Source: Gemmatimonadota bacterium
GTDB lineage: Bacteria > Gemmatimonadota > Gemmatimonadetes > Longimicrobiales > Gaopeijiaceae
DNA: 64,000 nucleotides
NCBI GenBank assembly: GCA_039589315.1
Contig: JBDHHQ010000008.1
Coordinates: forward strand, 32,001 to 96,000
Direction of reading: 5' to 3'
Shown here one piece after another: positions 33,221-43,258 of this stretch. Within the stretch, counting starts at the first letter, position 1. Every line of letters begins with the position of its first letter. The notes under the pieces were generated by a model. The model was not told the origin of the DNA. It saw only the letters and a program-made list of their open reading frames with translations, and searched no databases. The position numbers and the translations under genes were made by a program.

Positions 33221-34282
33221 ATGGCACGAACGAACTCCCCGATCGACTCCCGGCGGCCCGTCGTCGTTCCGGATCCCCTCAGCGACGCCGATCTCCTGGC
33301 GGCGATCCGGCAGCATCTTCCTGGGCAGGGCCCGCATGCGATACGGGGGCGGCGTACCTTCAAGCGCCGGCAGGATTGGCGGGGCTACCGCTTGTTCGAG
33401 CGCGTGAAGGTCGACCGCCCGGGCGCGATCCCGCTGGAGCTCTGCCTCAAGTACCTCACGGCGGCCACCGGCTCGGGCCCGGCGACGGGCGCTTCGCAGG
33501 AAGCCCGCGCATACGAGTTTCTCAACGGCCTGCCGAGGGCCGGTGCGGCCCGCTACTTCGGACAGGTCCACATGCCGGAAGCCGGACATTCGATCCTGAT
33601 TCTCGAGTATGTGCACGGTAGGCGCCTCAAGAAGGTCACGAACGCCGACAGCTGGTCTGCGGTGGCCTCGTGGCTCGGCCGACTGCACGCGGAGCTTGCA
33701 GGGTCCGGCCTGAGCCACCGCGAGGATCTGGAGCTGCCCCGGCACGACGAGGGTTTCTTCCTCGGCTGGGCGGAGCGTGCCGCACGGAGCGCCGTGGAGC
33801 GCTGCCCGGAGGCCCGCACCCGGTTGGACGGCCTCCTCCAGGACTACGGCCGGGTCGCGGGGCCGCTCGCGAGCGCGAAGCCGACGCTGGTCCATGGGGA
33901 GCTCTATTGCACGAACATCATGATCCGGAACGACGCTCACCATTGCCGAGTCTGTCCCTTCGACTGGGAGACAGCCGCGATCGGGTGCGGTACGCTCGAC
34001 CTCGCCTACCTCGGGCGCCAGGAGCTGGGAATCGAGCGGGAGGACCTGCTGGCCGCGTACGCCCGCGGCTGGGCCGACGTGGCGGTCCGGCCACCCAGCA
34101 TGCCGACGCTACGGATTCAGCATGCCGCCGCGCTCGTGCACGAACGCGCATACCTCCTGTGGACCGCGGTTGTGCACCGGCGGGTGCCGGGGACGAAGAT
34201 CCTGAAGTACCTCGACATCCTGGAGCGTCTCATGACCGACCTGAAGGCGGCAGGTGGCCAGCCGGGGGCGCTTTCCGGATGA
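33221..34282 (+). CDS. APH/choline-kinase-fold phosphotransferase K1 (HGE variant)
   Basis: LCLKY, LILEYV, TLVHGELYCTNI, FDWE, LDLAYL; RBS GGAGG. Confidence 0.82.
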   Translation: MARTNSPIDSRRPVVVPDPLSDADLLAAIRQHLPGQGPHAIRGRRTFKRRQDWRGYRLFERVKVDRPGAIPLELCLKYLTAATGSGPATGASQEARAYEFLNGLPRAGAARYFGQVHMPEAGHSILILEYVHGRRLKKVTNADSWSAVASWLGRLHAELAGSGLSHREDLELPRHDEGFFLGWAERAARSAVERCPEARTRLDGLLQDYGRVAGPLASAKPTLVHGELYCTNIMIRNDAHHCRVCPFDWETAAIGCGTLDLAYLGRQELGIEREDLLAAYARGWADVAVRPPSMPTLRIQHAAALVHERAYLLWTAVVHRRVPGTKILKYLDILERLMTDLKAAGGQPGALSG

Positions 34283-34307
34283 AGCCGGCCGACGCGGGGT
34301 ATCGGTA

Positions 34308-35378
34308 GTGGGCGGCGACGACTGGGCCTCGGTCGAGGGAGTGGGCCGAAGATCCAAGTCCTGGCGGCCTGACGACATCGAGGTGGACGAAGCGACGCTG
34401 GGCGCCTCGGTTGCCAGGGCGCTGACCGAACGGTGCGGCCGGCCCGTACGCGTCACGTCCCTGGTTCGACGGCCCAGTCCCTACGCCACGGTGTTCCCGG
34501 CAGACGTCGTCGAGGTGCGCTTGGCCGACGGGGGTGCGAAGACGCTGTTCGTCAAATACCTGGGGACGGAGGAAGGAGACCACCCCGACAAGCTCGGGCC
34601 GGAGCGAGAGATCGGCCTGTACCGGGACATCCTCGACGGAGAAGGCCTACCGGTCGTGCGATGCTACGGTGCGCCCTGGGACACGCGCCTGGGCCGCTAC
34701 CAGTTGTTGCTGGAGCACGTGAACGACTGGAACTTGAAGTACCACGACCTGTCCGCCTGGTACCGGGCCGCCCACGAGCTCGGTCGGCTCCACGCCTGGT
34801 TCGCCCAGCGCGTGCCGATGCTCGAGAAGTGCGGCGTGCTGACCCGGCTGGACGGAGCCTACGTTTGGGGGTGGGCCCGCCGTGCCGGGGAGGAAGCGGC
34901 GCGACGGGGGCCGATCCTCCGCAACCGCCTGCAGGATCTGCTACGTGGGTATCATCCGGTGCCCGCTACCCTGGAGGCGGCGCCCGCCACCCTGGTCCAC
35001 AACGACTTGTCGCCGAAGAACGTGATTGCCGACCGCTCCCAGGAGCCCGCCCGCATCTGCCTCGTGGACTGGGAGAGCGCCGGGATCGGCTGCGGTCTCC
35101 TCGACCTGACCAACCTGTCCTACGGACTGGACGAGGAGGCTCAGACTCGCATGCGGGAGTCGTACCGGACCGGGCTTACCGCCGCGGGGGCCGAGGCTCC
35201 GGAGGGCAACGACGTGGCCCGTCAGGCCTTGGCGAGCGAGGCCCACAAGGCACTCTGGCGTTTGGCCCACTGCGGCGTGTGGGATCTTCCGGAGAAGGCC
35301 GTACACGGGTTCGCAGCCGAGGCCGAGGCGGCCCTGCGGGCTCTGCTCGCTCCGGTACCGGACCTCGGGGAGCGTTGA
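34308..35378 (+). CDS. APH/choline-kinase-fold phosphotransferase K2
   Basis: LFVKY, HPDK, TLVHNDLSPKNV, VDWE; start uncertain (ORF open from 34254). Confidence 0.85.
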   Translation: MGGDDWASVEGVGRRSKSWRPDDIEVDEATLGASVARALTERCGRPVRVTSLVRRPSPYATVFPADVVEVRLADGGAKTLFVKYLGTEEGDHPDKLGPEREIGLYRDILDGEGLPVVRCYGAPWDTRLGRYQLLLEHVNDWNLKYHDLSAWYRAAHELGRLHAWFAQRVPMLEKCGVLTRLDGAYVWGWARRAGEEAARRGPILRNRLQDLLRGYHPVPATLEAAPATLVHNDLSPKNVIADRSQEPARICLVDWESAGIGCGLLDLTNLSYGLDEEAQTRMRESYRTGLTAAGAEAPEGNDVARQALASEAHKALWRLAHCGVWDLPEKAVHGFAAEAEAALRALLAPVPDLGER

Positions 35379-35382
35379 TCCG

Positions 35383-36573
35383 GTGCGAATCCTCGTCGCG
35401 GGTGCACTCACCATCGAGCCCTTCTCCGCCGGCATCGCGTGGGACTGGATCCAGATCGCGGTGGGGTTGGAGAGACTCGGTCACGAGGTGTATTTCGTGG
35501 AGGAGCTGAAGAAGGGTTGGGCCGTCGACCGGGCCGGCCGCCGAAGCTCGTATGCGGGTAGTGTCAATCGTCCCCGCTTCACAGCTCTCGTGGAACGGTT
35601 TGGCCTGGGGGAGCGAGCCTGTCAGATCTACGACCGTGGGCGAGCCACGACGGGTCTGTCTCTGGCGGCCCTGCTGGCGGGGGCCGAGGACGCCGACCTG
35701 CTCCTGAATGTCTCGGGACACCTCAAGGACCCTCGGATCCTGGAGCTCGTGCCCCGGCGGGCCTACCTGGACCAGGATCCCGTGTACACGCAGCTGTGGG
35801 TCGCGGAATACGGGAAGGACCTGGGATTCGAAGATCACGACGTCTTCTTCACCGTCGGCCTCGACGTCGGTACGCCAGCGTGTCCCATCCCGGACGCCGG
35901 TGTGAGCTGGCATCCCATGCTGCCTCCCGTCGTCGTCGACTTCTGGGAGCCATCCGACTCCGGTGAGACTGGCCACTTTACCACTGTGGCCTCTCTTACC
36001 GGCTACGCGGAGCTCGGCTTCGCCGGACGGAGCTACGGCTCCAAGCACGCCGAGTTCCGCAGGTTCGCCGATCTTCCGAGACGGGCAGGCCAACCCCTGG
36101 AGGTGGCGCTCAAGGCCTTCCGCGAGGACGACCCTGTGATCCGGGAGATGCGGGCGGGCGGGTGGAAGATCAGCGACGGCAGCGAGGTGGACGGGCTGGA
36201 CAAGTACCAGGCCTACATCGCGGCCTCTCGCGCCGAGATCGGCATCGCCCAGCATGCCTACGTGGCCGGCCGATCCGGATGGTTCAGCGACAGGTCCACC
36301 CACTATCTCGCTACGGGCAAGCCGGTATTGGCTCAGGCCACGGGCTTCGAGCGCCACCTCCCCGTGGGGCGGGGACTTCTGTCCTTTGCCACGGCCGACG
36401 AGGCGCGCGGGGGCATCGAAGCCATCAACGCGGACTACCGAGCCCACTGCGAGGCCGCTCGGGAGCTGGCTGAAGTGCACCTGGACTACCGGGCCATCCT
36501 CCCGTCGTTCCTGGACGCGTGCATGTCCGCCCGGCCGCACGGGACTGCAGGCACGGGGAGCCCGGCGTCATGA
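35383..36573 (+). CDS. Atypical GT-B-fold glycosyltransferase-like protein (type a1)
   Basis: GLERLGHEVYFVE, RAYLDQDPVYTQLW, GWFSDRSTHYLATGKPVL. Confidence 0.75.
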   Translation: MRILVAGALTIEPFSAGIAWDWIQIAVGLERLGHEVYFVEELKKGWAVDRAGRRSSYAGSVNRPRFTALVERFGLGERACQIYDRGRATTGLSLAALLAGAEDADLLLNVSGHLKDPRILELVPRRAYLDQDPVYTQLWVAEYGKDLGFEDHDVFFTVGLDVGTPACPIPDAGVSWHPMLPPVVVDFWEPSDSGETGHFTTVASLTGYAELGFAGRSYGSKHAEFRRFADLPRRAGQPLEVALKAFREDDPVIREMRAGGWKISDGSEVDGLDKYQAYIAASRAEIGIAQHAYVAGRSGWFSDRSTHYLATGKPVLAQATGFERHLPVGRGLLSFATADEARGGIEAINADYRAHCEAARELAEVHLDYRAILPSFLDACMSARPHGTAGTGSPAS

Positions 36574-37751
36574 CGCGAGTCGTGGTGGCGACCACCAACT
36601 GGAGTCGACGGCCGGAGTTCGGAGGGCTTTCCTGGGTGCCCCTGCAGTACGTACTGGGGCTCCGGGACCTGGGCGTCGCCGCCTTCTGGATCGATCACCT
36701 CAAGGGCGTGGATCCGTTCCGGAAGGATCACACCGTGGACTACCTGCGGGCTCGGTTCCACGACCTCACCCGGAGCTTCGGGCTGGAAGCGGTCTCGGGC
36801 ATCGTCTATGACCACGGGCGCGCTCATTTCGGCCTACCCGCCGACGCGCTGAGGCGGCTCGCCAATGAGGCCGACCTGCTCCTGACGTTGGGCAAGCCGC
36901 CCCCCACCTCGACGCCACTCCTGACGATCGCGCGGCGCGCGTACGTGGACATCGACCCCGGTTTCACTCAGGTCTGGGCCCAGCAGCGGGACATCGGCCT
37001 CGGACCATACGACTACTTCTTCACCGTGGGGCAAAACGTCGGCTCCCCGGAGTTCCCCATCGACACGGGTGAGGTCTCGTGGCGGCCGATCCTGCCGCCG
37101 GTCCACCTTCCCTCGTGGCCGGCCCGAATCGACGATCGCTGCCGTCGCTTCTCGACAGTCGCGGACTGGCGGGGGAGTCAGACGGCTGAGCTGGACGGCG
37201 TGTGCTATGGTACGAAGCGCTCGGAGTTCATCCGGTTCCTGCAGGTGCCCCTCCAGACCGGATCTCGCATAGACCTGGCCCTTTGCATCGGTCAGCAGGA
37301 TCACGTGGACCTCGGCTTGCTGACCGGCCACGAGTGGCGGGTGCGAGATCCGTATCAGTACGCCGGTGACGCGTTCTCGTACCGGGAGTTCGTGCAGCGC
37401 TCACGGGGTGAGTTCGGGGTGGCTAAGCACGGCTATGTGCGGTCGGACTCCGGCTGGTTCAGTGACCGCACCGCATGCTACCTGGCCTCCGGCAAACCCG
37501 CCCTCGTGCAGTCGACCGGCTTCGAGGAGCGCGTGCCCACCGGCGAAGGACTCCTGACCTTCAGCGACCCGCCCGGGGCCGTGGCGGCCCTCCGTGAGGT
37601 CGAGGAGGACTACCTCCGACACTGCCACGCCGGCCGAGCGTTCGCTGAACGGCACCTCGACGCCGGTCGGATACTGACGGGCCTGCTGGAGCACGTAGGT
37701 TTGGCGCCCGGCGAGGGCGGCGTGACGAGGGCGGAAGGCCAGGCCCGATGA
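36570..37751 (+). CDS. Atypical GT-B-fold glycosyltransferase-like protein (type b1)
   Basis: RRAYVDIDPGFTQVW, YGTKRSEF, GWFSDRTACYLASGKP. Confidence 0.75.
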   Translation: MTRVVVATTNWSRRPEFGGLSWVPLQYVLGLRDLGVAAFWIDHLKGVDPFRKDHTVDYLRARFHDLTRSFGLEAVSGIVYDHGRAHFGLPADALRRLANEADLLLTLGKPPPTSTPLLTIARRAYVDIDPGFTQVWAQQRDIGLGPYDYFFTVGQNVGSPEFPIDTGEVSWRPILPPVHLPSWPARIDDRCRRFSTVADWRGSQTAELDGVCYGTKRSEFIRFLQVPLQTGSRIDLALCIGQQDHVDLGLLTGHEWRVRDPYQYAGDAFSYREFVQRSRGEFGVAKHGYVRSDSGWFSDRTACYLASGKPALVQSTGFEERVPTGEGLLTFSDPPGAVAALREVEEDYLRHCHAGRAFAERHLDAGRILTGLLEHVGLAPGEGGVTRAEGQAR

Positions 37752-38728
37752 GCCCGGACGCGGAGACCTTGCGCCGCCTCCTCGAGGGAGCGTTCCTTCC
37801 CACCCTGTCGGGAGGGCAGGATCTCGACGGATTCACCTATGCGCCCTTCGAGGGCGCAGGATGGTACCGCGCGTACACAGTGGACGTTCGGTTCCGGGAT
37901 GGCGCCGCCCACCGGCTCTTCCTCAAGGACCTCGGGGCGCCGAGGGGCGGCAAGGGAGACATGGTTGGCCGCAGGGAGCGCGAGCGCTGCGTCTACGAAC
38001 GTCTCCTACAGCCAGAGCGTGACGGAACGGCCCGTCTCTATGGGGTCGAGTGGGATCCAGAGGGGGCACGCTATTGGCTCCTGCTCGAGTACGTCGAGGG
38101 CACCCCGGTGAGGCAGCTCGATTTCGAGACCTGGCGCGGCGCGGCCGCCTGGCTCGCCCGGTTCCAGGCGGGGTTCAGCGCCCACACGGGGAGGGCCGCC
38201 CGGTGTGACCTGGTCCGGCACGACGAGCCCTTTTTCCTGGACGTGGCCCGTGGAGCCGTCGACGCGGTGACCCTGTGGTGCCGAGCGGCAGGAGCTCGGG
38301 TACTCGAGCTCCTGGATGGCTACGACCGCCATCTCTCCCGACTCCTCGAGCAGCCGCCCACCCTGGTTCACGGTGCCTTTCTTCCCATGCAGATCCTGGC
38401 CGTGGGTGACGATGGTGGGCGGTTGTGCCCCGTCGACTGGGAGCTGGCTGGCTTGGGCCCACCGCTCTACGACCTCGGCTTCCTGGCGTACGGGTTCAAG
38501 GGCGCGGAGCGGCGCTCCCTCCTGGCCGCGTACCGGGAAGAAGCCACGCAGCTGGGCTCGGCGGTACCGGAAGACCTGTCCAGGCGAGTCGCCTGCGTGG
38601 AGGTGCACCGAACGCTCGCCGCCCTCGGACAGTCAGTGGAGCGGGCCTACGACGACGAGGCGATCGGCGAGTACCTGGACATCCTGGAGGGACTGTTGGC
38701 CAGGATCGGCGCAGAGGAGGTGGTCTGA
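37748..38728 (+). CDS. APH/choline-kinase-fold protein K3 (degenerate catalytic loop)
   Basis: LFLKD, LLLEYV, TLVHGAFLPMQI, VDWE, YDLGFL. Confidence 0.8.
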   Translation: MSPDAETLRRLLEGAFLPTLSGGQDLDGFTYAPFEGAGWYRAYTVDVRFRDGAAHRLFLKDLGAPRGGKGDMVGRRERERCVYERLLQPERDGTARLYGVEWDPEGARYWLLLEYVEGTPVRQLDFETWRGAAAWLARFQAGFSAHTGRAARCDLVRHDEPFFLDVARGAVDAVTLWCRAAGARVLELLDGYDRHLSRLLEQPPTLVHGAFLPMQILAVGDDGGRLCPVDWELAGLGPPLYDLGFLAYGFKGAERRSLLAAYREEATQLGSAVPEDLSRRVACVEVHRTLAALGQSVERAYDDEAIGEYLDILEGLLARIGAEEVV

Positions 38729-38817
38729 GTGGCCACCGGATCCTGGTGCTCCGACGGGCGCGCCCCCAGCAGGCGGCACGCTTCCACGGCTTCGACCCCG
38801 GGCACGGGTCGATCTCC

Positions 38818-40008
38818 ATGAGGATCGTGCTCGGCGCCGTCGTCTCCCGTTTCCTTCCCGGCGAAGTCCTGCACCGAGCCCAGTACGTGGAGGGGCTACG
38901 CCGCCTGGGCCATGACGTGATCTGGATCGAGGAGCTGGAGCCGAAGGGCTGTGTCGACGGCCGAGGATGGCCCACGGACTATGCGCACTGCGCCAATACC
39001 GAGGGATTCCGTCGCGCCATGGCGTACTTCGGCCTGGAGGAGCGGTCCGCCCAGATCTACGACGGAGGCCGAGCCACGGTAGGGCTCGGCCTCGCTGGGG
39101 TTCTCGACGAGGTGGGCTCGGCGGACCTCCTCCTCAACTTCTCGGGGCACGTGCGTCACCCGGAGATCCTGGACCGGATTCCCAGGCGCGCCTACCTGGA
39201 TTCCGACCCCGTATTCACCCAGCTGTGGAATGACCAATACGAGGAAGACCTGGGCTTCGACGCCCACCATGTCTTCTTCACCCGGGGCGCGAATCTCGCC
39301 GCTGGTCTCTGTCGGCTTCCCGACTGCGGTCTCGACTGGCAACCCTACATGCCGCCGCTCGTCTTGGACTTGTGGCCGGCCCTCACCGCGCCGAGCCCTG
39401 GCCCGTTCACGACGATCGCGGCTTGGGGGCGGTACGGAGACCTGTTCCACGAAGGCGACTGGTATCGGTCGAAGACGTCCGAGTTCCGCCGGTTTGCCGA
39501 TCTGCCGCGGGCCTCCCCCCACGAGTTCCGTCTGGCGCTCTCCGGCCGGGAGTACGATCCGGAGACTGCCGATCACCTGGTCACCCGGGGCTGGCGGCTC
39601 TTGGAGGGCGGAGCCCTGGGGTCCGTCGACGACTACGTGGCGTTCATTCGCCACTCCGGTGCGGAGATCGGGGTGGCCAAGCACGCGTACGTCCGGGCTC
39701 GAACCGGTTGGTTCAGCGAGCGGAGCACGCAGTACCTGGCAAGCGGCAAGCCCGTGTTGGTGCAGGACACGGGACTGGAGGGGGTGCTCCCTACGGGCCG
39801 GGGATTGGTGACCTTCGAGACCCTCGACGAGGCCGCAGCCGGCGCGGCCGAGATCATGGGCAGCTACCCGGTACACGCTCGGGCGGCCCGGGAGCTGGCC
39901 ACGGCGTGCTTCGACCACGAGAAGCTGCTGGACGAGTTGCTCCAGCGATGCTTCTCTGAGGTCGAGGGCTCACCGCCGCCGAGACCGAGCGGAGGGGCCG
40001 TCCGATGA
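38818..40008 (+). CDS. Atypical GT-B-fold glycosyltransferase-like protein (type a2)
   Basis: GLRRLGHDVIWIE, RAYLDSDPVFTQLW, GWFSERSTQYLASGKPVL. Confidence 0.75.
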   Translation: MRIVLGAVVSRFLPGEVLHRAQYVEGLRRLGHDVIWIEELEPKGCVDGRGWPTDYAHCANTEGFRRAMAYFGLEERSAQIYDGGRATVGLGLAGVLDEVGSADLLLNFSGHVRHPEILDRIPRRAYLDSDPVFTQLWNDQYEEDLGFDAHHVFFTRGANLAAGLCRLPDCGLDWQPYMPPLVLDLWPALTAPSPGPFTTIAAWGRYGDLFHEGDWYRSKTSEFRRFADLPRASPHEFRLALSGREYDPETADHLVTRGWRLLEGGALGSVDDYVAFIRHSGAEIGVAKHAYVRARTGWFSERSTQYLASGKPVLVQDTGLEGVLPTGRGLVTFETLDEAAAGAAEIMGSYPVHARAARELATACFDHEKLLDELLQRCFSEVEGSPPPRPSGGAVR

Positions 40009-41189
40009 CCGCGAGTCGCGAGGCCCGCGAGGGGTGGGTGGAGGGGCGCAACACGCCCAGGGTCATCGTCTCTACCCGCAACACCAGCCTCGTGCCCGAG
40101 TTCGGCGGGTCGTTCTGGGTGCGGCTGCAGTACCTCTTGGGCTTCCGGGACCTGGGTGTCGATGCCTATTGGATCGACCGTTTGGACCCGCCCGATCCCG
40201 GCCGGCAGGCTCACAGCATCGAGTACATGATCCGGCGGTTCGCCTCCTCTCTCGAGGCCTTCGGCCTGGGAGATCGTTTCGCTGTCCTCTACGAGCGAGA
40301 GGGACAGTGCTTCGGCGGGGACCAGACGGACGTACGCGAGCGAGTGGACGGGGCAGACGTCCTGATCAACATCGGCGGATTCCTCCCCCAGGGGTCGCTA
40401 CTCACCCGGATCCCACGGCGGGCCTACGTGGACGTCGATCCCGGCTTCACCCAGATCTGGGCTCACGACGTCGACGTCTGGCTCGAGCAGCACACGTGCT
40501 TCTTCACCGTCGGTCAGAACGTGGGAGCCCCCGAGTTCCCCATCCCCACGCGTGACATCCCCTGGCGCCCCATCCTTCCGCCGGTCCACCTGCCGTCTTG
40601 GCCGGCTCGCATCGATGAGCGCAGCCGCCGCTTCTCGACGGTGGCCGACTGGCGTGGATCTCAAGACGCGCTGTTCGAGGGCGAGTATTACGGCACGAAG
40701 CGCTCCGAGTTCGTCCACTACCTGCACGTACCGTTACGGGCGGGTCGGCGCATCGAAGTCGCGCTCTGCATCGGTCAGCAGGATCACGAGGATCTGGGTC
40801 TGTTGCTGGACCACGACTGGCGAGCACGCGAGGCATACCGGTACGCCGGCGACCCATTCGCCTATCGCGAGTTCATCCAGTACTCCCGGGCCGAGTTCGG
40901 GATCGCCAAGCACGGCTACGTCAAGTCGAACTCGGGCTGGTTCAGCGACCGCACCGCCTGCTACCTGGCCTCGGGCAAACCAGCGATCGTGCAGTCGACC
41001 GGGTTCGAGCATCGACTGCCCACGGGGCAGGGGCTGCTCACCTTCCGGAGCGTGGACGAGGCTGTCGCTGCCATCCAGGACGTCGAAGAGCACTACCTGG
41101 ACCACTGTGCCGCGGCCCGCTCCTTCGCTGAAGAGCACCTCGACGCGGCGAAGACCCTCGTGTACATGCTCGAGCAGCTGGAAGGGTGA
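40005..41189 (+). CDS. Atypical GT-B-fold glycosyltransferase-like protein (type b2)
   Basis: Close paralog of 36570-37751: RRAYVDVDPGFTQIW, YGTKRSEF, GWFSDRTACYLASGKP. Confidence 0.75.
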   Translation: MTASREAREGWVEGRNTPRVIVSTRNTSLVPEFGGSFWVRLQYLLGFRDLGVDAYWIDRLDPPDPGRQAHSIEYMIRRFASSLEAFGLGDRFAVLYEREGQCFGGDQTDVRERVDGADVLINIGGFLPQGSLLTRIPRRAYVDVDPGFTQIWAHDVDVWLEQHTCFFTVGQNVGAPEFPIPTRDIPWRPILPPVHLPSWPARIDERSRRFSTVADWRGSQDALFEGEYYGTKRSEFVHYLHVPLRAGRRIEVALCIGQQDHEDLGLLLDHDWRAREAYRYAGDPFAYREFIQYSRAEFGIAKHGYVKSNSGWFSDRTACYLASGKPAIVQSTGFEHRLPTGQGLLTFRSVDEAVAAIQDVEEHYLDHCAAARSFAEEHLDAAKTLVYMLEQLEG

Positions 41190-42205
41190 CGATGGCTGAG
41201 GCCGCGGGTCCGATCCGCGTGGACGAGGATCTCCTCCGGAGGCGCGTGGAGGGCGTGCTTCGGGAGACGCTCGGTCGGCACCGGTCGGTGCGCGACCTGA
41301 GGCGCGTTCCCAGCGAGTTCGCCACCGTGTTCCCGGCCGACGTGCTCTACGTGACCTTGGACGACGGGCGGGAGCTGCGGCTGTTCCTCAAGCACCTGGG
41401 TGCCAGCGACCATCCGGAGAAGAAGAAGCCCGAAAGGGAGGCCATCGTATACCGGGAGCTGCTGGCGGGATCAGATCTGCCGGTGCCGGCTTTCTACGGT
41501 GCCGCGTGGAACCCCGACGGCGAACGGCAGGAGCTCTACCTCGAGTTCATCGACGACTGGTCCCTGAAGTACCAACCCATCGACCAGTGGTACCTGGCCG
41601 CAAGCGTCCTCGCCGAGTTCCACGTCGCGATGGCGGCTCGGGACGAGGAGCTCACTCGGTGCGACGCCCTGCAGTCCCTGGATGCGCCCTACTTTCGGAC
41701 CTACGCGAATCGGGCCCGTAACCAGCTGATGGGGCACACGCCCGCACTGCTCAACGCGTTGGACGCGGTGCTGTCTGGGTACGACCGGGTCGTTCGAGAG
41801 CTCGTCCGCGCGACGCCGACGTTGGTGAACGCCGACCTCTCTCCCCGCAACGTCCTGGCCGACCGGTCGAGGGCGCCGGCACGGGTGTGCTTCATAGACT
41901 GGGAGAGCGCAGGTAGGGGGGCTGGCGCTCTCGACATCGCTCACCTCGCCTACGGGCTCGAAGGCGAACCCAGGAAGCTGATGCTGGACGCCTACTTCGG
42001 TGGCCTGGCAGGAACCCCCCTCGATCCCGGCTCACCCCTTCGGCGCCGCCGCCTGGTGGCGGCCGCCGAGGCTCACAAGGCGTTGTACCGCATCGCCCGC
42101 TGCAACTACCGGGGCTATTCCGAGCGGACGGTGACCAAGTTGGTCGCCGAAGCGCGCACCAGCTCGCGAGAGCTCGAGCAGGCCTCCGGCGAGGAGTCGG
42201 ACTGA
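41186..42205 (+). CDS. APH/choline-kinase-fold phosphotransferase K4
   Basis: LFLKH, HPEK, TLVNADLSPRNV, IDWE. Confidence 0.83.
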   Translation: MTMAEAAGPIRVDEDLLRRRVEGVLRETLGRHRSVRDLRRVPSEFATVFPADVLYVTLDDGRELRLFLKHLGASDHPEKKKPEREAIVYRELLAGSDLPVPAFYGAAWNPDGERQELYLEFIDDWSLKYQPIDQWYLAASVLAEFHVAMAARDEELTRCDALQSLDAPYFRTYANRARNQLMGHTPALLNALDAVLSGYDRVVRELVRATPTLVNADLSPRNVLADRSRAPARVCFIDWESAGRGAGALDIAHLAYGLEGEPRKLMLDAYFGGLAGTPLDPGSPLRRRRLVAAAEAHKALYRIARCNYRGYSERTVTKLVAEARTSSRELEQASGEESD

Positions 42206-43188
42206 TGTCCCGACCGCACGTCGCCACCCGTTCCCTGGATCACGAGCGCGGTCTCCTGGAAGAGATTCTGACCGGCTGGTCGGGGGACGAGATCCGGATC
42301 CGCGCGCTGGACCGCCGGGCCTGCGAATTCGCCGGGAGGTGGCCGTCCCAGATCCTGGACGCGGAGCTCGAGAGCGGCGCTCGCCTCTCGGTCATACGGA
42401 AGCAGGTCGGCGTGAGCGGCCATCCGGACAAGTCATATCCCGACAAGGAGATCCGGATGTACGCGCGGGTGCTGCTGGGGGGGTCCCTGCCCGTGCCCCG
42501 GTACTTCGGCGCGAGGTGGGACGAGGCGGCGCAGACGCACGAGCTCTATCTCGAATACGTGGACGCCTTGTCCCTCAAGTACCAGGGCATCGCTCTGTGG
42601 TACAGGGCGGCGGAGGCCATCGGCCAGCTCCACGCGCACTTCGCGCACCGCCTCGACGACCTCAGGGCGGAGGAGGCGCTTCAAACCCTGGACGCTGCGT
42701 ACTTTCGACGTTGGGCGGAGCGGGCCCGCGTCGAGCTCGACGCGCACCTCCCGGATCTGAGCCCCGAGCTCGCCACGCTGCTGTCCGGGTACGACGACGT
42801 GGTCGTGCTCCTGGCTGAGGCGCAGCGGACCCTGGTGCACAACGACCTGGGGGCGCGCAACGTGGTGGTGGACGCCGGACGGGCCCCCCCGCGCGTGTGC
42901 ATCGTCGACTGGGAGAACGCGGGTATCGGGTGCGGCGTGGTCGATCTCACCCACCTGACCTACGGGTTGGCGGAAGACGAGCGCCGCCGGATGTGCCGGG
43001 CGTACTTCGCGAAGCTCGAGGGCTCGCCTCTGGCCGTCGGTGAAGTCGCTGGCGCGGACCGGCTGGCCGCGGCGGGGGAGGTGCATCGCGTGGTCTATCG
43101 GCTCGGACGATGCCGCCGCCGAGGTTACAGCCGGGAGGCGGTGCTGGGCCTGCTCGCACACGCCGTCCGATTCCGCAATCGCATCTGA
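42205..43188 (+). CDS. APH/choline-kinase-fold phosphotransferase K5
   Basis: HPDK, LYLEYV, TLVHNDLGARNV, VDWE. Confidence 0.85.
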   Translation: MSRPHVATRSLDHERGLLEEILTGWSGDEIRIRALDRRACEFAGRWPSQILDAELESGARLSVIRKQVGVSGHPDKSYPDKEIRMYARVLLGGSLPVPRYFGARWDEAAQTHELYLEYVDALSLKYQGIALWYRAAEAIGQLHAHFAHRLDDLRAEEALQTLDAAYFRRWAERARVELDAHLPDLSPELATLLSGYDDVVVLLAEAQRTLVHNDLGARNVVVDAGRAPPRVCIVDWENAGIGCGVVDLTHLTYGLAEDERRRMCRAYFAKLEGSPLAVGEVAGADRLAAAGEVHRVVYRLGRCRRRGYSREAVLGLLAHAVRFRNRI

Positions 43189-43258
43189 GGAGAAGCGTGG
43201 ACGCTCGGTACAACTTCCCGGACATCGCGGACGTCGTGACTCGCTCTGCCGGTCGGTC

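Noticed and set aside
33221..43188. Aminoglycoside-resistance interpretation of the APH-fold genes
   Set aside because: Only fold-level motifs match. Five divergent copies coupled to GT-like genes point to biosynthesis rather than resistance.
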